From assembly GCA_964291295.2 (NCBI GenBank), contig OZ219754.1, positions 1,440,001-1,504,000 on the forward strand: DNA of 64,000 nt, written 5' to 3'. Below, one piece after another: positions 50,861-61,796 of the stretch (position 1 is its first letter; each line of letters opens with the position of its first letter). A model generated the notes under the pieces. That model did no database searches and was not told where the DNA came from. It worked only from the letters and a program-made list of their open reading frames with translations. The translations under genes were made by a program, and so were the position numbers. This stretch comes from an uncultured Candidatus Binatia bacterium (lineage in GTDB: Bacteria; Desulfobacterota; Binatia; UBA9968; JAJDTQ01).

Positions 50861-51833
50861 AGACGCGGGCGGTACGGACGTTGCGGGATCTTGCCCGGGC
50901 GGACCTGGACGAAGTCCTCGCGCTGGCCGCAGCCCTCAAGCGGGAACGCCGGGCGGGGTGCCTGCGGCCGTTGCTGGCCGGAAGGAAGCTCGCACTGCTG
51001 TTCCAGAAGCCCAGCCTGAGGACCCGGGCCACCTTCGACATCGGCATGACGGAACTGGGGGGTTCCACGCTGTTCCTGGGACCCGACGAGGTGCAACTGG
51101 GCCAACGCGAGACGCCGGCCGACTGCGTCCGGGTGTTGAGCCGGCTGGTGGACATCATCGCGGTGCGGACCTTCGCCCAGGAGGTGGTGACGGAGATGGC
51201 GCGCCACGCTTCGGTGCCGGTCATCAACGCGCTGTCCGACCGCTATCATCCCTGCCAGGTGCTGGCGGACCTGCTCACCCTGCGGGAGTGCCGGGGGCGG
51301 ATCGAAGGGCTCAGGGTGGCGTTCGTGGGGGACGGCAACAACGTGGCGCATTCCTGGCTGCTGGCCGCGGAAAAGCTGCCGTTCCGGTTCACCCTGGCCT
51401 GTCCCGAGGGTTTCGGACCCGACGGCGCGGTCTTCGACGCGGCGGTGGCCGCGGGCGCGGACGCGGCCGTCACCCATGAACCGGCCGAGGCCGTGAAGGA
51501 CGCCGACGCCATCTATACCGACGTGTGGGCGAGCATGGGCCGGGAGGCCGAGGCCGGCGACCGGCGGCGGGCCTTCGCCGCCTTTCAGGTCAACGCCGCG
51601 CTGGTGGCCCGGGCGAAGCGGGATGTGGCGGTGATGCACTGCCTGCCGGCCCACCGGGGCCAGGAGATCACCGGCGAGGTCATCGAAGGCCGCCACTCGG
51701 TGGTGTTCGAGCAGGCCGAGAACCGCCTCCACGTCCAGAAGGCGCTGATGGTGTGGTGCCTCGGCGGGGAAGCCCGGATGGCCGGGCAGGTCCGACAGTC
51801 CACGCAGCATCAGCGGAGCGAACGGAGAGGTCC

Positions 51834-51837
<4 letters not shown>
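50857..51837 (+). CDS. argF: Ornithine carbamoyltransferase
   Basis: PSLRT, HPCQ, WASMG, HCLP and AENR motifs. Confidence 0.93.
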
Positions 51838-53033
<1,196 letters not shown>

Positions 53034-53038
53034 CCGGC

Positions 53039-54412
53039 ATGGCGAAGAAGAAACAGCTCTGGGGAGGCCGGTTCGCCGGCTCCACCGCGGATTCGGTGGT
53101 GGCCTTCACCGCCTCCGTGGACGTGGACCGGCGTCTTTACCGCCACGATATCGCCGGCAGCGTCGCCCATGCCCGCATGCTCGGCCGGCAGGGCATCATC
53201 CCCGCGGCCGACGCCCGCAGGATCGTCTCCGGCCTGCGGGCGGTCCGGAAGGAGATCGAGAGCGGCGCCTTCCCCTTCAGCCTTGCCGACGAAGATATCC
53301 ACATGAACATCGAGCGCCGGCTCACCGAGATGATCGGCAGCGTCGGGGAGAAGCTGCACACCGCCCGGAGCCGCAACGACCAGGTGAGCCTGGACATGCG
53401 GCTCTACCTCCGGGAGGCCCTGGACGGCATCCTGGGAGATCTGGAGGCGTTGCAGCAGGCGCTGGCGGCCGCGGCCCGGAGGAACGAGGATGTGCTGATG
53501 CCCGGCTACACCCACCTCCAGCGGGCCCAGCCCGTGCTCCTGGCCCACCACCTGCTGGCCTATGTGGAGATGTTCGAGCGGGACCGGAGCCGCTACCACC
53601 ATTGCCGGGCGGAGACCGACGTCATGCCCTTGGGCTCCGGTGCGCTGGCGGGCACGAGTTTTCCCATCGACCGCGCCTACGTCGCCCGGCTACTGGGCTT
53701 TGCGCGGCTTTCGCCGAACAGCATCGACGCCGTCGGCGACCGGGATTTCGTGCTCGAGTTCCTGTCGGCGTCCGCCATCCTGTTCGTGCATCTCAGCCGC
53801 ATGGCGGACGAGTGGATACTCTGGTCGAGCGAGGAGTTCGGCTTCATCGAACTGCCCGACGCCTACTGCACGGGCAGCTCCATGATGCCGCAGAAGAAGA
53901 ACCCCGACGTGGCCGAACTGATCCGCGGCAAGACCGGGCGGGTGTACGGCCACCTCCACGCGCTGCTGACCATCATGAAGGGGCTGCCGCTGGCCTACAA
54001 CCGCGACCTCCAGGAGGACAAGGAGCCGCTGTTCGACACCGTGGACACGGTGTCGGCGTGCCTGCGCATGGCCCGGGAGCTGGTGAACGGGCTGAAGGTC
54101 CGGGCCGACCGGATGCTGGCGGCGGCGGAGGACGGCTTCATGAACGCCACCGACCTGGCGGACTACGTCGTCGGCCGGGGTTTCAGCTTCCGCGCCGCAC
54201 ACGACGCCGTGGGCCGGGCGGTGCGCCGCTGCATCGACACGGGGTGCCGGCTGCAGGACCTCTCCCTGGAGGAGCTCCGGGAGTACTTTCCGGACATCGG
54301 ACCGGACGTCTACAAGGTTCTGAAGGTCCGCGCGGTGGTGGCGCGGCGGCGCGCACCGGGCGGCACCGCGCCCGTCAATGTGCGCCGGCGGCTGAAGCGG
54401 CTGGGGGTCTGA
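53039..54412 (+). CDS. argH: Argininosuccinate lyase
   Basis: LWGGRF, HTARSRNDQ and GSSMMPQKKNPD motifs. Confidence 0.96.
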   Translation: MAKKKQLWGGRFAGSTADSVVAFTASVDVDRRLYRHDIAGSVAHARMLGRQGIIPAADARRIVSGLRAVRKEIESGAFPFSLADEDIHMNIERRLTEMIGSVGEKLHTARSRNDQVSLDMRLYLREALDGILGDLEALQQALAAAARRNEDVLMPGYTHLQRAQPVLLAHHLLAYVEMFERDRSRYHHCRAETDVMPLGSGALAGTSFPIDRAYVARLLGFARLSPNSIDAVGDRDFVLEFLSASAILFVHLSRMADEWILWSSEEFGFIELPDAYCTGSSMMPQKKNPDVAELIRGKTGRVYGHLHALLTIMKGLPLAYNRDLQEDKEPLFDTVDTVSACLRMARELVNGLKVRADRMLAAAEDGFMNATDLADYVVGRGFSFRAAHDAVGRAVRRCIDTGCRLQDLSLEELREYFPDIGPDVYKVLKVRAVVARRRAPGGTAPVNVRRRLKRLGV

Positions 54413-54414
54413 GG

Positions 54415-54867
54415 ATGATGGCGCGGCATGCCTGGGTCGCGGGCCTGCTGGTGCTGCCGGCGGTGCTGTCCGCCGGCTGCGGCAAGAGAGGCGCGCCGCG
54501 GGTTCCGGAGTGGACGGTGCCCGCCGCCATCACCGACCTCAGGGCCCGGGTCGAGAACCACGGCATCGTCCTCGGGTGGTCGCGCCCGAGGGTGGCGCTC
54601 GATGGCCGGAGGCTCACCGACCTGGCGGCGTTCGTGGTGCTGCGCAAGAGCACGCGCGCGGATTGCCCGCAATGCCGCGCCACGTATCGCCAGCGGGCGG
54701 TGGTGCGGGTGGAGGAGCCGGGCTGGTTCTTCAGGCAAGTGGAATACGGCTATACGGACCGGGATCTCCGTGCCGGCACGGTCTACCGGTACCGGGTCCG
54801 GGCCCGTCTGTCGGACGGCTCCGCCGGCGGGCCGTCGAACGATGTGCGTGTGGCATGGCAACCGTGA
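54415..54867 (+). CDS. Lipoprotein with CGKRG.P N-terminal motif, FN3-like body and CxxC
   Basis: Lipobox LSAG-C; I.L.W, Y.D..L..G..Y.Y.V and G.PSN FN3-like pattern; CPQC. Confidence 0.65.
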   Translation: MMARHAWVAGLLVLPAVLSAGCGKRGAPRVPEWTVPAAITDLRARVENHGIVLGWSRPRVALDGRRLTDLAAFVVLRKSTRADCPQCRATYRQRAVVRVEEPGWFFRQVEYGYTDRDLRAGTVYRYRVRARLSDGSAGGPSNDVRVAWQP

Positions 54868-56120
54868 AGGATCATTTCACGTACAGGAACGATGCGATGT
54901 ACTGCGACGACGTGTCCGTCCGGGCCATCGTCGAGGCGGTGGGGACGCCGGTGTACATCTACAGCCTTGCCCGGTTGCGTGAGGCCTTCCGTTCCTTTGA
55001 CCGGGCCTTTGCCGCCCACCGCCATCTGGTCTGCTTCTCGGTCAAGGCCAACTCCAACCTCGCGGTGCTGCGGGCCTTCGTGAACGAGGGGTCGGGGTTC
55101 GACATCGTTTCCGGCGGCGAACTTTTCCGGGTGCTCAAGGCCGGCGCCGACCCGCGCCGGGTGGTGTTCTCGGGCGTGGGCAAGACCCGGGACGAGATGG
55201 CGTATGCGCTGCGCTCCGGCATTCTGATGTTCAACGTCGAATCGGAACCGGAGATGGAGGCGCTGAACGAAGTGGCCGGGAGTCTGGGCGTGGTGGCGCC
55301 GGTGAGCTTCCGCATCAATCCCGACGTGGACCCGCAGACCCATCCGTATATCTCCACCGGAATGAAGAAGAGCAAGTTCGGCATCGCCATCGACCCCGCG
55401 GCCCGGGCCTACCGCCGGGCCATCGCCCTGCCCCACCTGGAAGTCGTGGGGGTGGACTGCCACATCGGTTCCCAGCTCACCTCCACGGCTCCCTTCGCGG
55501 ACGCCGCCGAGCGCGTGCGGGCCTTTGTCGCATCGTTGCAGCGGGAAGGGGCCGATATCCGCTACGTGGACCTGGGCGGCGGCCTGGGCATCCGCTACCG
55601 CGACGAGGAACCGCCGGACCCGGGGGACTACGCCCGGGCGCTGGTGAAGGGGGTCCACGGCCTGGACGTGACCCTGGTGCTGGAGCCGGGCCGGTCCATG
55701 GTGGGCGACGCCGGTATCCTGGCCACCCGGGTGCTCTATCTCAAGCGTACCGAGGCCAGGAACTTCGTGGTGGTGGACGGCGCCATGAACGATCTCATCC
55801 GCCCCTCCCTGTACGGGGCGTTCCAGGGGTTGCGCCCGGTGGAGCGGCGCGACTCCGAACTCATGACCGCCGACGTGGTGGGCCCCATCTGCGAGAGCGG
55901 CGACTTTTTTGCCCGGGACCGCCCGGTCCGGACGCCGGTGCCGGGGGACCTCATGGCCGTCATGAGCGCCGGCGCCTATGGCTTCACCATGGCGTCCAAC
56001 TACAACACCCGGCCCAGGGCGGCGGAGGTGCTGGTGGACGGCGGGGAGTTTGCGGTGGTGCGGGAAAGGGAGACCCTGGAAGGGTTGGTGGCGGGCGAGA
56101 CGATACCCGCGATGCTGTAG
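54855..56120 (+). CDS. lysA: Diaminopimelate decarboxylase
   Basis: VKAN, HIGSQ, GGG.G, EPGR, GPICESGD and GAYG..M.SNYN motifs; start 54855 or GTG 54864. Confidence 0.95.
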   Translation: MATVKDHFTYRNDAMYCDDVSVRAIVEAVGTPVYIYSLARLREAFRSFDRAFAAHRHLVCFSVKANSNLAVLRAFVNEGSGFDIVSGGELFRVLKAGADPRRVVFSGVGKTRDEMAYALRSGILMFNVESEPEMEALNEVAGSLGVVAPVSFRINPDVDPQTHPYISTGMKKSKFGIAIDPAARAYRRAIALPHLEVVGVDCHIGSQLTSTAPFADAAERVRAFVASLQREGADIRYVDLGGGLGIRYRDEEPPDPGDYARALVKGVHGLDVTLVLEPGRSMVGDAGILATRVLYLKRTEARNFVVVDGAMNDLIRPSLYGAFQGLRPVERRDSELMTADVVGPICESGDFFARDRPVRTPVPGDLMAVMSAGAYGFTMASNYNTRPRAAEVLVDGGEFAVVRERETLEGLVAGETIPAML

Positions 56121-56182
56121 GGGCCATGCGGCCGGACCCGCGCTCCCGGATCGTACTGCAGCGCGCGGCCGCGGAGGAGCCC

Positions 56183-57004
56183 ATGACCGAGATCACGTTT
56201 ACCAAGATGCATGGCTGCGGCAACGACTTCGTGGTGCTGGACTGCATGGAGGGGGCGCCGGCGGCTCTGGCCGACATTGCCAGGAACCTGTGCCACCGCC
56301 GCTTCGGCGTGGGCGCGGACCAGTTGCTCACCGTCCGGCCGTCGGATTCGGCGGACTTCAGGATGGAGATCTACAACGCCGACGGCGGCGAGGTGGAGAT
56401 GTGCGGCAACGGTATTCGTTGCTTTGCCAGGTATGTCCACGAACATGGTTTGACCCGGAAGCGGGAGATCGAGGTGGAGACGCTCGCCGGCGTCATCCGG
56501 CCTCGGCTCAGGGGTGACCGGGTGGAGGTGGACATGGGCCGGCCCGTGCTCGACGGGCGGGCCATCCCGGTGGCCGCCGGCGGGCGCATCCTCGACCATC
56601 CGCTGGCCGTCGACGGCGTCGAATACACCGTGACCTGCGTTTCGATGGGGAACCCCCATTGCGTCCTCTATGTGGACGACGTGGACGCGCTGGACCTGCC
56701 CCGCTTGGGACCCCGCTTCGAACACCACGGCTTCTTCCCCCATCGGGTCAACACGGAGTTCGTCCAGGTGCTGGGGCGCGGCGAGGTGCGCATGCGCGTG
56801 TGGGAGCGCGGTGCCGGCGAGACCTGGGCGTGCGGCACCGGCGCCAGTGCGGTGGGCGTTGCCGGCGTCTTGACCGGCAGAACCGGCAGGAAGATCACGG
56901 TACATCTGATGGGCGGCGACCTGGAGATACGCTGGGCCGACGACGACCGTGTCCACATGACCGGTCCGGCCCGGGAAGTGTTCCAGGGCCGTATCCGCCT
57001 GTGA
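56183..57004 (+). CDS. dapF: Diaminopimelate epimerase
   Basis: KMHG.GNDF, MCGNG, SMGNPH and ERGAGET.ACGTG motifs. Confidence 0.95.
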   Translation: MTEITFTKMHGCGNDFVVLDCMEGAPAALADIARNLCHRRFGVGADQLLTVRPSDSADFRMEIYNADGGEVEMCGNGIRCFARYVHEHGLTRKREIEVETLAGVIRPRLRGDRVEVDMGRPVLDGRAIPVAAGGRILDHPLAVDGVEYTVTCVSMGNPHCVLYVDDVDALDLPRLGPRFEHHGFFPHRVNTEFVQVLGRGEVRMRVWERGAGETWACGTGASAVGVAGVLTGRTGRKITVHLMGGDLEIRWADDDRVHMTGPAREVFQGRIRL

Positions 57005-57192
57005 CTCGCGCCGGGGCGGATGGGGGAGGGCGGCCCGCGCCGCCGCCCCGCTTTCGCATCGGGCCGGGCCGTTGCGGTCGGGCCGGTGCACGTGGCGGCC
57101 GGTCCCTTGCACCTTGTTCACATGGGTACGGCGGCGGTGCGCCGGCGCCGGCCGGCGCACGTCCTGAATGACGCCGTCATGGGAGTGACGCC

Positions 57193-58077
57193 ATGTTCAC
57201 CGGATCGATGACAGCCATGGTGACGCCGTTCAGGGACGGCGCTGTGGACTACGCCGCTCTCGAGGCGCTGGTGGAGTTCCAGATCGGGCAGGGCACCCAC
57301 GCCCTGGTGCCGTGCGGCTCCACCGGAGAGTCGGCCACCCTGGACCACGCCGAGCACCACGCCGTCATCAAGACGGTGGTCCGGGCGGCAGGGCGGCGGG
57401 TTCCGGTCATTGCCGGCACCGGCTCCAACTCCACCCGCGAGGCCATGGATCTCACCCGGGCGGCGGAGGAGTCGGGCGCGGACGGTGCGCTGTTGATCTC
57501 GCCCTACTACAACAAGCCCACCCAGGAAGGCGTCTACCGCCATTACCGGGCGGTGGCCGAGCACGTGGGCATCCCGCTCATCGTCTACAACATACCCGGC
57601 CGCACGGCTTCGAAGATCGAGCCCGAGACCCTCGCGCGGCTGGCGGCCATCGACAACGTGGCCGGGGTCAAGGAAGCCACGGGTTCGGTGGACCAGGCCA
57701 TCGACGTCCTGCGCCTGTGCGGCGACTCGCTGGCCGTCTACTCCGGCGAGGACTCGCTGGTGTATTCGCTCATGGCCCTGGGCGGCAAGGGTGTCATCAC
57801 CACCACCGGCAATGTCGCACCCCGGGCCATGGCCGACCTCGCGGAGGCCTGCATGCGGGAGGACTGGGCCGCCGGCCGCCGGATCCAGTTCGAGTTGATG
57901 CCGCTGATCCGTTGTCTTTTCAGCGAAACCAATCCCATTCCCGTCAAGACCGCCCTGTCCCTCATGGGCCGATGCGGCGCCGAGCTCCGGTTGCCGCTGA
58001 CCCCCATGGACGAGTCGAACCTGGAGCGGCTGAAGCGTGCCCTGGCCGACCGCGGGTTGACCGGGCGTCCTTCGTGA
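57193..58077 (+). CDS. dapA: 4-hydroxy-tetrahydrodipicolinate synthase
   Basis: GSTGE, PYYNKP, YNIPGRT, VKEA and NPIPVK motifs. Confidence 0.94.
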   Translation: MFTGSMTAMVTPFRDGAVDYAALEALVEFQIGQGTHALVPCGSTGESATLDHAEHHAVIKTVVRAAGRRVPVIAGTGSNSTREAMDLTRAAEESGADGALLISPYYNKPTQEGVYRHYRAVAEHVGIPLIVYNIPGRTASKIEPETLARLAAIDNVAGVKEATGSVDQAIDVLRLCGDSLAVYSGEDSLVYSLMALGGKGVITTTGNVAPRAMADLAEACMREDWAAGRRIQFELMPLIRCLFSETNPIPVKTALSLMGRCGAELRLPLTPMDESNLERLKRALADRGLTGRPS

Positions 58078-58122
58078 CCGCGGGCGGGCCGGCGCATCTC
58101 CATGCGGGCAGGGACACGGAAC

Positions 58123-58956
58123 ATGAGCACGCTGGGTCTGATCGTCTGCGGGCCGGGGGGAAGGATGGGCGGGGCGCTGGTGCGCCTGATCCGGGACACC
58201 CCGGGCGTCACCCTCGCCGGGGCCTGCGACCGGCCCGGCAGCCCGCGGCTGGGACGGGACGCCGGCGAGGTGGCCGGGGCCGGCCATCTGGGGGTCGAAA
58301 TCGTCGATCGTATCGAGCCGCTTGTCGAGCCAGGCATCGAGCCACCGGCGGAGGAAAGGCGCGTCATCGTCGATCTGACGACGCCCGAGGCTTCCGTTGC
58401 CCACATGAAGGCCGCGGCCGGCACCGCCACCCCCATCGTCATCGGCACCACGGGGTTCAACGCGAGACAACTCCGGCAGATCCGTACCCTGGCGGCCCGG
58501 ACGCCGGCCGTTCTCGCTCCCAACATGAGCCTTGGAGTGAACCTGCTGCTGGAGCTGGTGGGGAGGGTGGCGCGCAGCCTCGGCGACGCCTACGACGTGG
58601 AGGTGGTGGAGGCGCACCACCGGTTCAAGAAGGACGCCCCCAGCGGCACCGCGCTGGCGCTGGCCCGGGCCGCCGGCGATGCTCTGGGGCGCAGGCTGGA
58701 ACGGGTGGGCGTGGAGGGCCGCCGCGGCGCCGGCGCGCGCAAGACAACCGACATCGGCCTGCTCTCGGTCCGGGCCGGAGACATCGCGGGCGAGCACACC
58801 GTGCTGTTCGGCGGCATCGGCGAACGGCTGGAGCTGATCCACCGGGCCCACGGCCGCGGCGCCTTCGGCCGCGGCGCGATCCGGGCGGCGCAGTGGGTGG
58901 CGGAGCGGGAGAACGGCCTTTACGGCATGCGCGAGGTGCTGGGGCTGGCCGTGTAG
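58123..58956 (+). CDS. dapB: 4-hydroxy-tetrahydrodipicolinate reductase
   Basis: G..GRMG, IGTTG, APNMSLG and EAHH..KKDAPSGTA motifs. Confidence 0.94.
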   Translation: MSTLGLIVCGPGGRMGGALVRLIRDTPGVTLAGACDRPGSPRLGRDAGEVAGAGHLGVEIVDRIEPLVEPGIEPPAEERRVIVDLTTPEASVAHMKAAAGTATPIVIGTTGFNARQLRQIRTLAARTPAVLAPNMSLGVNLLLELVGRVARSLGDAYDVEVVEAHHRFKKDAPSGTALALARAAGDALGRRLERVGVEGRRGAGARKTTDIGLLSVRAGDIAGEHTVLFGGIGERLELIHRAHGRGAFGRGAIRAAQWVAERENGLYGMREVLGLAV

Positions 58957-59054
58957 GGTTCCGGAACAGCTGAAAAATTCGTGCTCCCGGGCGGTTTTCA
59001 GGCGGTCAGGTTGACATCCGGAATCGCTTGTATTAATCACGGTTTCTATTCTCT

Positions 59055-59405
59055 GTGGCGTCAGATCCTCCCATATCGGACCCTGAGTCTGCGGAAGCGG
59101 AAGTCGAACGGCTGGCCGAGCGTATCGGCCGGTTGATTCGTTCCGTCGAGTCGGAAAAACGGGAAGACCTCAAGGAACTGGCCTTCTCCCTGGTCCGTGA
59201 AGAGTTGATCCGAGGGGATGAGCCACAACCGCCCGCGGGCGGGTCGGCGCCGGCGCCGTTGAATCCGTTGGGCGCGGGCGTGCTTTTTGTCGCCTTGGGG
59301 GCGGGCCTTTCCTTCGTGTTCGGGCCTGTCGGTCTGGCGTTGATGGCCGGTGGCCTCTTCTTCATCGTGTGGGGGGCTATCCTGAGTTGGACAAGAAAAA
59401 AGTAG
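59055..59405 (+). CDS. Hypothetical membrane protein (two C-terminal TM helices)
   Basis: Charged helical N-half and hydrophobic C-half; ends 7 nt before the Rieske gene. Confidence 0.55.
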   Translation: MASDPPISDPESAEAEVERLAERIGRLIRSVESEKREDLKELAFSLVREELIRGDEPQPPAGGSAPAPLNPLGAGVLFVALGAGLSFVFGPVGLALMAGGLFFIVWGAILSWTRKK

Positions 59406-59412
59406 AGGCGCG

Positions 59413-59937
59413 ATGGCAACGAACGGGAAACGAGAGATAAAGAGAGGCATCTGGAGCCGCCGGGATTTCTTCGGCCGGCTCGGCTGGACCGGCTTCGGCG
59501 TGTTCTCGCTGGTCTCCCTCTTCGCCTTCATGCGCTCCGCGTTTCCGCGGGTGCTCTTCAAGCCGCCTTCGACCTTCAAGGCGGGCTTTCCCTCCGACTA
59601 CACCGTCGGCGAGGTGAGCGAGAAGTTCAAGAAGGACTATCGCGTGTGGATCGTGCGCGAAGAGGCGGGATTCTACGCGGTCTTCGCCAAGTGCACGCAT
59701 CTCGGCTGCACGCCGCGCTGGCTGGCGGCCGAGAGCAAGTTCAAGTGCCCCTGTCACGGCAGCGGCTTCTTCAAGTCGGGACTGAACTTCGAGGGGCCGG
59801 CCCCGCGGCCGCTGGACCGGTTCGAGATCGCCCTAGCGGAGGATGGGCAGCTCATCGTGGACAAGTCCAGGGAGTTCCGCATGGGGCCCAGCGGCGAGCC
59901 GGACGAGCAACATCCCGAAAGCATCCTCAAGGTTTGA
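59413..59937 (+). CDS. Rieske iron-sulfur subunit of a Rieske/cytochrome b complex
   Basis: Tat-like SRRDFF plus TM; CTHLGC and CPCHGS boxes; GPAPRPL. Confidence 0.93.
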   Translation: MATNGKREIKRGIWSRRDFFGRLGWTGFGVFSLVSLFAFMRSAFPRVLFKPPSTFKAGFPSDYTVGEVSEKFKKDYRVWIVREEAGFYAVFAKCTHLGCTPRWLAAESKFKCPCHGSGFFKSGLNFEGPAPRPLDRFEIALAEDGQLIVDKSREFRMGPSGEPDEQHPESILKV

Positions 59938-59944
59938 GACGGAC

Positions 59945-60715
59945 ATGATCAACTTCGAACAGATCAAGAAGGACGTCGTCGAGAGCCATATCTGGAAGTC
60001 GATCTTCCGGCACGGCTACGAGGACACGCCGCGCAACCGCGTGCTCATGGTGACGGGCAACGTGTGGATGCACCTGCATCCCGCCAAGGTCCGCAAGCAT
60101 GCCGTGCGCATGCGCTTCACCTGGTGCATGGGGGGCCTCACCTTCCTCATGTTTCTCCTGACGGTGGTGACCGGCATCTATCTCATGTTCTACTACCGGC
60201 CGGTGCCGCAATACGCCTACGCGGACATGAAGTATCTGGAGTTCGACATGCCCTTCGGGATGTTGATGCGCAACATGCACCGGTGGGCGGCCCACGCCAT
60301 GGTGATCTTCGTGTGGCTGCACATGTTCCGGGTCTTTCTCACCGGCTCCTACAAGCCGCCGCGGGAGTTCAACTGGATCGTCGGCGTGCTGCTGCTGGTG
60401 CTGACCCTGCTGTTGAGCTTCACCGGCTACCTGCTGCCCTGGGACCAGCTGGCCATCTGGGCGGTGACGGTGGGCTCCAACATGGCGCGCGCCACGCCGC
60501 TGCTGGGGCATGAAGGACCCTTCGCCGAGTTTGTCGGCGCCAATCCGGTGTACGATGCGCGGGCGTTCCTGTTCGGCGGCGGCGAGATCGGTCCCCACAC
60601 CCTGCTGCGGTTCTACATACTCCACTGCATCTTCATTCCGCTGGTGGCCAGCCTGCTCATGGCGGTGCACTTCTGGCGCATCCGCAGGGACGGTTTTTCC
60701 GGTCCCCCACTGTAG
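59945..60715 (+). CDS. Cytochrome b, N-terminal (b6-like, split) subunit
   Basis: WCMGG, MHRWAAH, WLHMFR, FTGYLLPWDQ, RFYILH and VHFW motifs. Confidence 0.92.
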   Translation: MINFEQIKKDVVESHIWKSIFRHGYEDTPRNRVLMVTGNVWMHLHPAKVRKHAVRMRFTWCMGGLTFLMFLLTVVTGIYLMFYYRPVPQYAYADMKYLEFDMPFGMLMRNMHRWAAHAMVIFVWLHMFRVFLTGSYKPPREFNWIVGVLLLVLTLLLSFTGYLLPWDQLAIWAVTVGSNMARATPLLGHEGPFAEFVGANPVYDARAFLFGGGEIGPHTLLRFYILHCIFIPLVASLLMAVHFWRIRRDGFSGPPL

Positions 60716-60766
60716 TTTCCGGTTCGACCACGCGGATTCATCGTCTCAGGGAAAGGTAGCCACCGT

Positions 60767-61537
60767 ATGGCTGAGGCCGAGGAAAGAAGCCGGGCGATCG
60801 TCGTCGACGACAAGATCCATACCTGGCCGCATCTCGTTCGCGGCGAGTTTCTGGTCACGATCTTCGTGATGGTGGCCATGGGGCTGTGGTCGCTGCTGGT
60901 GGACGCGCCGCTGGAAGAGCCCGCCAATCCGGCCCGCACTCCCAACCCGTCCAAGGCGCCGTGGTATTTCCTCGGCCTGCAGGAGATGCTGGTGTACTTC
61001 GACCCTTGGTACGCCGGGGTGGTGCTGCCGACGTTCATCATCATCGGGCTGATGGTGATCCCCTTCATCGACATCAACACCAAGGGCAACGGCTACTACA
61101 CCTTCAAGGACCGCAAGTGGGAGATCCTGACCTTCTTCATCGGGTTCCACATCCTCTGGGTGGTCACCATCATCATCGGGACGTTTTTCCGCGGCCCCGG
61201 ATGGAACCTGTTCTGGCCGTGGCAGAGGTGGGACCCCCACAAGGTGGTGGCGTTGACCAACGTGGACCTGCCCTACCTCGTGGGGCTGCGGGACTACTGG
61301 GCCCAGGCCGGCTTCGGGCTGTTCCTGGTGCTGCTCTACTACGTGGTTTCGGTGTGGCTGTTCTACAAGTGGATCATCTGGATCAAGGGCAGGGAGTTCA
61401 TGGTCCGGTGGGGTGCCGTCCGGTTCGCGATCACCTCCTTTCTCTTCGTGACCATGATGGGGCTGCCGGTGAAGATGTTTCTGCGGCTGGTGTTCAACAT
61501 CAAGTACATCATGGTCACGCCCTGGCTCAACATCTGA
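60767..61537 (+). CDS. Cytochrome b C-terminal (subunit IV-like) protein
   Basis: PANP..TPNPSKAPWYF (PEWY-equivalent) and several TM helices. Confidence 0.85.
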   Translation: MAEAEERSRAIVVDDKIHTWPHLVRGEFLVTIFVMVAMGLWSLLVDAPLEEPANPARTPNPSKAPWYFLGLQEMLVYFDPWYAGVVLPTFIIIGLMVIPFIDINTKGNGYYTFKDRKWEILTFFIGFHILWVVTIIIGTFFRGPGWNLFWPWQRWDPHKVVALTNVDLPYLVGLRDYWAQAGFGLFLVLLYYVVSVWLFYKWIIWIKGREFMVRWGAVRFAITSFLFVTMMGLPVKMFLRLVFNIKYIMVTPWLNI

Positions 61538-61542
61538 ACCGT

Positions 61543-61580
61543 TGATTCAGAATCGCTGATTCAGATTCACTGATTCAATA
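61543..61580. repeat. About 2.7 x 14-nt tandem repeat (TGATTCAGA.TC.C)
   Basis: Units at 61543, 61557 and 61571. Confidence 0.7.
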
Positions 61581-61584
61581 TCCG

Positions 61585-61752
61585 ATGTTCTATGTAGCAA
61601 AGCTGCTCCAGGCCCTGGGTATCGCCGACGTGGGTTACGCGGTGTTCGTGGGCATCTTTCAGGGCATCGCCATGGCCGAGGAGATCATCCTGACGCTCAT
61701 CGGCGTGGCGGTGTTCTCGCTCGGGCGTCTGCTGGAGAGCAAGGCGGCCTGA
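61585..61752 (+). CDS. Small two-TM membrane protein (55 aa), not in the ORF track
   Basis: MFYVAKLLQALGIADVGYAVFVGIFQGIAMAEEIILTLIGVAVFSLGRLLESKAA*; GC-rich third positions; lies inside the respiratory operon. Confidence 0.65.
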   Translation: MFYVAKLLQALGIADVGYAVFVGIFQGIAMAEEIILTLIGVAVFSLGRLLESKAA

Positions 61753-61796
61753 CACCCGGTCGAGACAGATTCTCTGCGCGCTGTAAGGGAGAATGA

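Noticed and set aside
59011-59037. Promoter TTGACA...TATTAAT before the respiratory operon
   Set aside because: The -35 is perfect, but spacing to the -10-like element is only 14-15 nt; plausible but not supportable as a call.
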